From Moniliella sp. 'wahieum' (taxonomy: Eukaryota): a stretch of 20,000 bases of DNA. The translations under genes were made by a program, and so were the position numbers. Numbering within the stretch: position 1 is the stretch's first letter; each line of letters opens with the position of its first letter. Below are positions 11,233 to 20,000 of this stretch, piece after piece. Under the pieces are notes generated by a model that had not been told where the DNA came from, made no database searches, and worked only from the letters and a program-made list of their open reading frames with translations. The stretch covers positions 433,157-453,156 of the forward strand of contig RSEE01000054.1 of NCBI GenBank assembly GCA_003971905.1, in the 5' to 3' direction.

Positions 11233-11264
11233 CTTGAAGCTTCAACTTGAAGCTTGAAGCTTGA
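11233..11264. repeat. Tandem AAGCTT-cored motif cttgaagcttcaacttgaagcttgaagcttga
   Basis: Three AAGCTT palindromes in 32 bp, including the perfect palindrome TTGAAGCTTCAA; about 640 bp upstream of the transacylase-like gene. Confidence 0.7.
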
Positions 11265-11984
11265 TCCAAATCCCATCTACGCCACACCCCTGGACAGGGG
11301 ACCGCCCCCCGCCCTGCTGCTACGTATTGGGCGCGCCCCCACTCGGCGCTCCTCTGCGCCGCCAGCTCCTGCGCCACCCGTCTCAAAAGGAGCTCTTGCA
11401 ATACGGTCAATATTCGATAGGCAGGTGCTTCCCCTGTGTTTTCACCCTAGTTGTAGGGCCTCATCCGCCAATCATCGCAGGATGACTATAGATCGTTATC
11501 TCCACCATACGCGTCGTATAGCGTCCTTCTCTCTTCCTACTACTGGCACGTGCACCATGCTCCTCCTCCGTCCCCTCTGCCCGCCCTAAGCGCTAAGCGA
11601 GGCCACGCATCGGGCGCTGATGACGGACGTGATGCTACGGCATAGCAGGCCTCAGCCAGGCCCACCAGGGTTGTGAGTTGTTGTTGGTCAGTGGAGTTGG
11701 GCAGTGGCTGGGGTCGTAGAAGAGGTTGTATGGTTCGTCTCCCAGTCCACCTTAAGGCAATCTACCTCTCCGCCCAACCGCCGTTGCAACGACGACACGA
11801 CACACACGACCTGCGCAGCTGCCAGTGTTCCGAGCCGTGTCATTCGCAGGGCCGAGGCGGGTGGACCAGCGACGTGGAGAGAAGAGAGGCGAAGCGAGGA
11901 AGAATGCACGAGACAAAACGAAAACCGATGGCAGAACGAGTGTGGATTGAAAGACACGGGCTAGCAACCGCACACTAGACTATA

Positions 11985-12014
11985 CACTGCACTGCACTGC
12001 ACTGCACTGCACTG
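11985..12014. repeat. (CACTG)6 microsatellite
   Basis: Six perfect CACTG units. Confidence 0.9.
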
Positions 12015-12673
12015 TCCTAGCCGTCCCGGGTCCCGAGGCGCCTTGTCGGTGATCACGATCGCATCACGTTGATCCGTACGTCAGAGGCGGGTGAGGCCGA
12101 GGTCAGATAGGCAGGCGCACTAGCCCCACGACGCCAGCACGGAGTGGCGGTGCGCGCACCGGCCTACGCTGCGGCATAGGAGCGTCGAAGGCAAAAGGGG
12201 AAAGGCCAAGTCCGTGGAGAAGGGGGGGGAAGGAAAGAAAGGAAAGGAAAGGAAAGGGGTAGAGGGTGTGGTCCGTAGGGAGAGAAGAATTATGGTGTCC
12301 ATGGGGGAGGTGGTAGTGTCCAATTCGTGGGGGTGCGGTGGGCTCCGAGCCCGAGCCCGCCAACGTGCAAAAGGAAAGTGGGGATCCCACGCGACCGTTG
12401 TCCGTAGGGGCAAGAGGTAAGAGGGGAGAGGGAGAAAGTGTCTTCGTCGTCCATAGAACAGGGGCAAGTGAAGGTGAAAACACACAAGATATAGGAATAC
12501 AGTACCGAGCCGAGCGCAGACAGGAAACGCAACCAAACAGGCAAAAAAAACGAAGAAAACAGTCCGTACAGCACGGTCGGCCAGAGGGCCGGCGACGTGC
12601 TGGATGCTAAAAAGGGATCAGGAGGGGGGAGGGGAAGAGAGCGGGAGCGGATGCGGGCGGATACGGAGCACGG

Positions 12674-14818
12674 TCAAGTCTTGGGGTCATCGGGTCCCGA
12701 TGGTGGCGAGTGGCTGTCCAAGCGTTTGGACGAGGCCAAGGGACCCTTTTGGGAGCGGATGCGTACCGCCAAGCGGAACCCGGAGCGGGCCGAGTCGAGA
12801 AGATCCTTACAGACGTGTTCGACGTGTTCGCGTTGGAGCACGCCAGCGCAAACGCCGTACGCTTCCGGGTGGTCCGAAACCAGTTCCATCCCGTGCTCCA
12901 TCAACTTTTCCATCAACGACGCATTGCTCGAGTAAAAATTCCGCGAGGAAAAATCGAGATTGTACACTTTCCTCTTCTCCAGCGGCCGTGGCATACGGCC
13001 CTGAACGCCAGGTACCATTCGCTCCACCCATTCCCCAGCCGGCGGCTGCTCGGTCAACTGACGAAACTCGGTTACGCCCAAGTAATAGTACAAGCGGGGG
13101 CGGAGATCCAGCTAGACGAGAGGGAAGGAAAGGGGGCGAGGGGAGAGGGTGAGCTGGTGCGACGCCAAGAGCAAAGAAAGGGGTAGGCAACGGCAGAGGG
13201 GGACATACCAAGAGTTTGCGGTTGCGGAAGCGTTTGTCCGATTCGGGAATAAACGTCATGAGGCCTTCCTCGTTAAGCAGGCCGGGAGGGTAGGTGGCCG
13301 AGTTGTTGGGATCGAACGCGACGGGGCCAAGTGGCGGGCGAGAAAGGAGTGGGCGAGTCGCATGGTACTTGCACTGGAAGTGGACAGAGACCGAAGCTCT
13401 GCCAGTCCCTCCAGTCGCGCCCGTTTGGTCGCAGGATGTACCAACCCGTCCGAGGAGAGGGGCGTTTGGTCGTAGCCAGGCTGGTCTCGGGCAATAGGTT
13501 GGACCGGCTGGACCGGCTGGACCAGCAGCCAGTCCGCCCGGTCCGGGCGCAGCAAACGGGTACACGGGCGTAGCCAGCGTCGGCATCGCAGCCGATCCTG
13601 GTACGCCGGATCCCCAGCTGACCGGCGTAGAGAGGGCCATACCGGGCGGAGGCATTCGCACCGTGCTGACACCCGGACGGGACAAGACGGGCCACATGTC
13701 GACTGTGCCAGCAAGGTGAGGCGCCGAAGGCGCCGAGGGAGGGAGGTTGAGACCCATCGACGGCGCCAGTCCTGCAGGGACCAGGGGGACTCGGCCACGC
13801 TGGCAGCCGAGGTGTACAGGCAGCGAGCCCCACGGAGTCGGCAGCGGCGCGTCGGTCATGCCTGCGGGAAAAGACATGGATTCTGCATGGCTCAACTGAC
13901 CAGCAGCTGGCGCAGACCACGAGGCTTGGGCAGGCAACAGATCCGACTCGGTTGACGTCGAGGCGGGCAACGGACTCAAGCCCATCATGTTGCACTCAAC
14001 GCCAAGGGAGGCATTAACGGTCCCTACTGGGGGTGGGGTGGGGCCAGAGCAGACGTCGCGGCGGCCGGCTGGGATCGGGGCGAAAGAGGCTCCTCTGCCA
14101 GGAGGCCCCCGGACAAGACAGGAGTCGTGCGGCTGTGGGAGACTGGCTCGACAGTGGCCGGAGAAAAGAGGGCAGGAGACCCACTCGGGTTCGCCATGGC
14201 ATGTTGCTCGGATGACGAGCCCAGTCCCGTCTCCTTGAGCGTCTGGAGCTGCTGCGAGTTGGCCTTGAGGCGGGTCGACAGGCTCAGCACGCGCTGTTCC
14301 ACCGAGTCTTCGGGAGACGCGGGCTTGCGGCTGGCCGCGTCGATGGCATTGGCACTGGGGGGGCGCTTCGAGGCGACCGACTGGGTCAAATCCTCGACAA
14401 ACTCCAACGCTTGCTCGGCCAGGTTGACCACTTCGGACGTGAAGCGCACGTTGAGGCCAAAGGCATCCTGGACACGGGCATCGTTGGGGGCGGAACGGTA
14501 GAAGCGGGCGCGACCACGTCGGGGCTGGAGGCCGAGGTGGGTGTGACAGGCGAGTCGTAGAGCAGGGCCGGGGACGAGGCGTTGGCTAGCGACGGCCAGA
14601 ACGGGAGCGAGGCGCTGTGCACAGAGGGTCGAGCAAGAGGCGGGTGGACAGGCCAGGGGTCGGCAGCCGGCTTGGCCAGACTGGCAGAAGGCAGAGGCAT
14701 GGGCTGGGGCGGGAGCGAATGGGCGTAGAGCCGTTCTGCGGCGATCGAGGTGTGGCTGGCAGTGCTGGTGTGGACGGGGGCGGCGAAGGACGGGGGTGCT
14801 GGGCAAGGTCGCTGTCAT
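12674..14818 (-). CDS. Hypothetical protein: Pro/Ser-rich low-complexity regions, a helical segment and a globular C-terminal domain
   Basis: ORFs 14024..14818, 12807..13988 and 12674..13093 link up. Intron 13208-13112 (GTATGT...GCTCAC...polypyrimidine...TAG) joins ..DKRFRNRKLL to LDLRPRLYYYLGVTEF.. in phase 0; stop at 12676-12674. CT-rich flanks look like UTRs. No family recognised. Confidence 0.7.
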
Positions 14819-14842
14819 GTCGCAAGACGACGCACCGCACGC

Positions 14843-14924
14843 GGGAGGGGAAGGGGGGCGGGGAGGGGGAGGGGGAGGGGGAGGGGAGGGGGAGGGGGAG
14901 GGGGAGGGGAAGGGAAGGGGAGGG
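14843..14924 (+). repeat. (GGGGGA)n G-rich tandem repeat
   Basis: About 80 bp of G3-6 runs separated mostly by single A, ending 25 bp upstream of the minus-strand ATG at 14818. Confidence 0.85.
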
Positions 14925-16145
14925 ACGGAACGGGGTTTCTAGGCGTGGCGGCAAAAAGAGGGGCGACGGGTGGGACGGATGGATGGATGGATGCTGGCAA
15001 AGCGAGGCGGGGGCAATGAATGAATGGCTGGGCGACAGCAGAAGGGACGGGGGAGAGGGCGGGAGAAGCGGAGGAAGCGCCGTGGGTCTTGGAGCGTGGC
15101 GCCTCACTCCGGCCTCAAGCTTCAAGCGTGAAGGATGCAGCCGAAGGGTGAAGGGGAAGCTAGCGTGCGGGAAGCGTAAATAACACCAAACGCTGGTTTG
15201 GCCGCCTCACGTTCAAGTCGGCCGCTGGTACTGGCGGGGTATGCCGAGGGGGAAGGACAGGCCCCGGACGTTCAGTTCGAGTTGGACGCAAAACGTGCAA
15301 TCCTCGGCACACTCAGCCGGCGGCGAAGGCGACGGGAATTGAGCCGGCGTGCGGTTGGAGGGCGAGGGGCCGCCTGTCGGCGCTAATAGCAGCAGCGCTG
15401 GCCCTCCTGCCGATGCCCAGGACGGCTGACAAGGTGTCTTCCCTTGGCACGCAGCCAGCCGCCGCGGCGTCGATACGTATGTCTGTTCCCACCATCATCC
15501 ATCCGTAACTCAGTTGCCAGTAAGTACGACTGACGCGGGGCATCAGCCACTCGCGCCAGCCCACCCGCATCCTGTGATCAGCACCGCCAGCCCGCCGTCC
15601 GCGCCGTCAAATTTCAAACCCGACAGATCGAGCTCCCAGCGTCTCCCCCCTCCTGCCTCTCGCTACCACGTCCAAGCAGACGACTTGCCCCACGCTTTCT
15701 TTTGATCGTTCTCAGCAGACGCGGGGGTGCGCGCGCGCTGCATTGTACGGCATGTCTGGGCGCCTGGAAAATAATGAAAAGAGCCGTTTTGCATCGGTTT
15801 CCCGAGGCCATATCCGGTGTTCCAACCAGCACTGGAACGGAGGAGGAGGGTCAGGCTCTGACGTCCTGACCAATGGATGGATCGGTTGATGCGAATCAGG
15901 GGTCGGTGATCGGGTGATGGAGTGGTGAGATGGCGGCCAGGGTGGCGTTTGTCCGGCTCCCCGTTAGCGCGTAGCGCTGATAGCTGTACAGGATAGCTGG
16001 GTGGCGCGGAGCCGGTAGGGTTACGGGATGCGCTTGTGTTGAGGATGCTCACCGGTCAGCGGTCGCTATTCAATGGGGCCCCTGCCGGCCTGCACCGCCA
16101 GATCAGCCATCGCCGATCCCGATCATCGATCGGTGCGCCACCAGC

Positions 16146-16303
16146 CACTAGCTCGTCACACTCACACGTCACACGTCACACTAGTCCTAGTCACCGGTCA
16201 CCAGTCACTAGTCACTAGTCCTAGCACTAGTCAAGCAAGTCACCAATCGTTACTAGTACTCGCACTCATTCGATTCATGGAACGTTGAACGTTATGAACG
16301 TTT
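16146..16303. repeat. ACTAGT/GTCAC-cored and AACGTT-cored palindromic low-complexity blocks
   Basis: cactagtcctagtcaccggtcaccagtcactagtcactagtcctagcactagtc...tactagtact followed by gaacgttgaacgttatgaacgtt. Confidence 0.75.
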
Positions 16304-16785
16304 CTATCATCTTCTTTGAGCTTCTGCCACCATCCGCCACCCTCCGCCACCCTTACCAAACACGGCCGACGGCCGTTTGGCTGCCCAGGCTGCCCCTGGA
16401 GCATCATGTATCAGGCTTCAGATTGAAGCTTGACTCCAAGCTTCGGATCCCAGATGCTGGGGAGGACGGAGGGCTAGCGACCTAGCGCCCGGCCAGTGTG
16501 CAGGTAGGTTGTGCCGGGCGTGGATTCAATCAATCGTTGTGCAGTGGGTCGAGATTTGTGATGCATGGATGACGCTGTCGATGATCGCGCTGACTGCGCC
16601 GACTAGATGACTGTGTGCTCAGCGCGCTCACATGTCGCACGCTCACCGACCTCACCCTGGCTCGCGCTCACCCTGATACTCACACCCTCGGATCTTGAAG
16701 CTTGATCTCGATCAATGTTCCATGGTGTTACAGAGGTCGTTGCCAGCTGCCGCTGCCACTCTGAACTGTGAACACGGGGCCCCTG

Positions 16786-16900
16786 AAAACGTTAAACGTT
16801 TGAAAAGTGCGTCGAACGTGAACGTGTTGAACGTTGAGTGTTGGTACGTTGAGTTGTTGAATGAGTATGTGGAACGTGGCTGCCGAGTCGGCAGTGCCGA
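16786..16900. repeat. AACGTT-cored block plus CTGCCGA-g-TCGGCAG inverted repeat
   Basis: aaaacgttaaacgtttg...gaacgtgaacgtgttgaacgttgag...tacgttgag, then ctgccgagtcggcagtgccgag. Confidence 0.7.
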
Positions 16901-17559
16901 GTGCTTAGCTAAGGCCCATGCGCCCTAGACGCTAAGCTCTGGTAGACACGTACTGCTGCAGGGGCGGTGCGGGTGGTGGCTGTGACCTCCAACCTATCAC
17001 CTTGCACCATACATCATGCGTCATGCGTCGACGCTTTCTCAACTCTCAGATCTCAACCTTCTCACCAGCCTGAGGCTGTGCGGATGGCCGTCCCCCGCGG
17101 TCGGGCTCTTGGTCGCACTGTTGCTGGCGCCGCGTGGACATTGGCCATCCCGCACCTTGCCCCCCCACACACCCCGTAAGATCTGTGATGCAGCGCCAGC
17201 GTGCTGCCGCCGGTTCCGCCTTGGTGGTAGACAGTGGAGCAGCACATGCACCGCCACGGGGGAGCCAGGGAGAGCCACGAGAGCCCGCCGCGTCCTGTGT
17301 GGGATGGTTCTCAGGCTGTGATGCATGTGCCGTGATGCTCATGACCGCATGCGCATGACCATCATCGACATCATCCACATGATCTTTCGAATTCAAAAGC
17401 AGTACGAGAATGCGGTAAGTGGAATCGCCGGCTACTCTTCTCCTCACGAGGTGGAACCGTGTGGCCCCCCTTACCTGTTATTACCACAGCCTGCACGTAG
17501 GGGGAAGACGGAGCCCATGTTGTGATGCGCGAACGAACACTTGGTCGTTTTTTAGGAAA

Positions 17560-17700
17560 CCTCAGTAACTATATTCGTGTTTGAGTAGTTCAGTACTGAG
17601 AGTGTGGTGCGGGGAGAGTACACAGTGTGAGTACACTGAGTCTCAGTACTGACGGCTACATTTCCACATCTGTGTACTGAGTAACTGAGCTCACTGTTTA
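17560..17700. repeat. AGTACT/CTCAG-CTGAG palindromic block
   Basis: ctcagtaact, tcagtactga (twice), actgagtctcagt and gtactgagtaactgagctca. Confidence 0.7.
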
Positions 17701-18390
17701 ACTAAACTAACCCCGACCCAGGTGCATCTAGTGCGGACACTCGCCCGCGACATCGGTCCACGCGATATGCACCACGACAAACTGTTGCGAAACAACAATT
17801 AACGTTTTAACGGAGAAAGAACCGCCAGCCTCTCGTTCTCCTCCTGCGTCCCCTCACCCGGTCAAACTTGTTTTCGCTTTCGCGCCCCCAAAGCATATAT
17901 ATTTTGGCAGTATTAGGATAGTTGCACTATCGCCATTGTATCTCACTCATCGGCCGTGCATGTACTCTGCCATAACAAGTACCACTATATACTCTCGACT
18001 ATACTCGCGGTCAACTCCTTTCTTGGCCGAGAGGATGGGGTCGAAAAAGTAGCACCCAAAAAACCTAATCCATAAGCATCAAGGGGCCCAGTGTGCGCCC
18101 ATATCCTGCTGGTTGTTTATCTGAGAGAGAGAGGCGGGGCGAGACCAGTGCAGGCCCAACGGGGGTCGTCATCTCAGTTCTCATTGGTATTCCTTTAGCT
18201 CTGCGAAACATCTCGCACTTGCAAGCCTGTGCTGCGATAGTATACATCTTAGTAGTATACATTTTAGCAACAATTATAGAGAGAATGATATCCTAGCGAT
18301 CCCCCTGGTTCCTTGACCTTAGTGGCGCTTTCAAATAACCCCGCAAGATGAACAGTTCGGTTTAGACGTAGCGTTCCCCCTGTCCCAGCC

Positions 18391-19810
18391 TTAAGCTCTG
18401 TCAATATGATATGAATTCAAAAGAGAAAAGACACGGGACTGCTGGGTTAGGAAATCAATGGAGTCGCCATACAGCAAGTCGGGACCCTCTGGAGCCCGTC
18501 CGAATCTCGCATCAAAAAACCGGATCGCACGTGGTACACAAATGTAATAAACGGGTGAATCACCTCCAACGAGAGACTCTTCAGGTATTCTTTTTTTCAC
18601 AGTATAGTTAAGCATCTTCTTGGCCGTCTTGGTAGCATATAGTATCCGCGCGTCGTCTAATAATCAAGGAAGAATAGCTCTTTTGAGTGCCTCCCTAATA
18701 GTCCATCGTGTCTCTTGTGGCATTCCGCTTACTCCCGCAGTCGAAGCTCCTCTTTCTCGGGCGTTCCAGCGTTGCAGTTCTTTATATACCACCTCGCCTT
18801 CGGGTCCGTAACCATCACCCTCTTGTTGTGCACGAATCCGGCAAGGTGTGGTCCATCTTCATTTCTGATTCAGCGAAAGCTCCTGCCATCCGTTGCTCGC
18901 TAGTGTGTATGCCTCCCCTCCCTCACACGCCGCGTCCCGCCCTCTCTTGCCCACAGCAGTCGCCTCGTGTGGTGAATGTGGGTGTGGTGGAATACAACAC
19001 ACGATCTTATGAATAGGCGCTCGCACAGTCTTGTGTCATGGGCCAAAATTGGACTGGGTGCAGGAGCAAGGGAGAATGTACGCAATTGATGACATCTGAA
19101 CCACACTTTGATTGCATTTGCGGCACGCGGACGGCACACAGGGCTCAGAGCTGTAGGTCAATCTGAACCCCTGCTTGTCGTGAGCTCGATCGACCCCAAG
19201 GAACTTGGTTGCTGGCATTGAGGACAGCCAAATGGAGTTGAACGCCTCGCATTGATGGCTGCTGTATCTTGCATAAGCGGTGGTATAATGTGTTTGACCC
19301 ACCGCACAATGTAGTTACAGTCGCCCGGAGCTACTCCAACACCTCAAAAGGGACGAGGAGGGCCGATGATCGCAATAATGCGGTTGAGCACAGCACTTTT
19401 GTCGTTTACACGTAGGTATATACGTTTTTCCCACATATATCGGGATAAAGCCTCTTCACCAAACCGAAGAGAAGAGTGTTTTCTCTCTTGGATCCACCTC
19501 TAAGGGCATATATCCCTATCTCAACCTTTTGGAGCTGTGACTAATGCTTTCGCGAATTTCCACAGGTACTATAAAATCTGCAGGCCCATCATATAACTCC
19601 CGGGGAGATGGGCAACTGAGACCGCCATGACATCTTCGCATGTTTACAACCGTTAATAGAGGGAGGAAACCCTTGATGCTGTGTACTATTTGCACCATGG
19701 TGAGATCTAACCGCATTTTGACATTGTCGGGATGCTTCGGCTCTTATTCCAGAAGACGTTTTAATAGTAGTTGTAGAAAGAAATGAGGGAGGGTCCCTTT
19801 CATTCTGTGT
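18391..19810 (-). pseudogene. Degenerate long reading frame of unknown family (copy A); may extend past window end
   Basis: ORFs 19516..19716, 19036..19302 and 18391..18615 are all in one frame. By manual translation, about 470 codons carry only 7 internal stops (first bases at 19746, 19518, 19458, 19317, 19038, 18861, 18666) before TAA at 18393-18391. Lower GC than the host genes. Confidence 0.5.
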
Positions 19811-20000
19811 CCACACTAATACGTTATCTTCATTCATTACCAGAGCTATTCCAGCCGTTGTGAAGGGGGACATTTGGTGCCTGATTCAGGATGTTGGCAG
19901 CATTGGATTCATCAATTTGCCGCGTGCGTTCAAAAATTCAAACTCTGGGAGATACCACTGTAGGTATTGAAGGTGATGGCGATGCCATTTGATGGCAAAG

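Noticed and set aside
10700..12670. Short ORFs between the transacylase-like and hypothetical genes, and antisense ORFs elsewhere
   Set aside because: Low-complexity or shadow ORFs in GC-rich DNA; the region looks like UTR and promoter sequence.
16146..17700. CRISPR-like array
   Set aside because: There is no constant repeat with unique spacers, and the context is eukaryotic.
18391..19302. TGA-recoded (mitochondrial code or selenocysteine) ORF, e.g. NUMT or mitovirus
   Set aside because: TGG is used for Trp, GC is too high for typical fungal mtDNA, and the same frame has TAA/TAG stops upstream; CGA-to-TGA decay is simpler.
19190..19520. Reverse transcriptase-like (GYMPLEVDPREKTLF) or Mutator catalytic-E-like (CEAFNSIW..P.TKF.G) motifs
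   Set aside because: These are isolated resemblances with no YxDD or DD motifs in register, insufficient to name a transposase or RT.

Overview
Eukaryotic, intron-containing fungal DNA. The SEC13 protein and the GC-rich GT-AG gene structures suggest a basidiomycete, probably a smut-type (Ustilaginomycotina) fungus; this placement is inference. Single-base indels are frequent even in the essential gene SEC13, so gene models had to be stitched across frames. In order: 5' end of a CAP-Gly dynactin p150-like gene (-), SEC13 (-, 5 exons), an orphan zinc-finger/WRKY-GCM1-like protein (-), a decayed ORF (+), a cytochrome P450 (+), a malonyl-CoA:ACP transacylase homologue lacking its catalytic serine (-), a Pro/Ser-rich hypothetical protein (-), about 3 kb of non-coding DNA, and a second decayed ORF (-) that appears distantly related to the first. 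Main observations: (1) the apparent transacylase pseudoenzyme, (2) blocks of overlapping short palindromes, mostly upstream of genes, including a recurrent CTTGAAGCTTGA motif, (3) a pair of stop-riddled paralogues of an unrecognised family, and (4) a possible transposon-derived DNA-binding protein.
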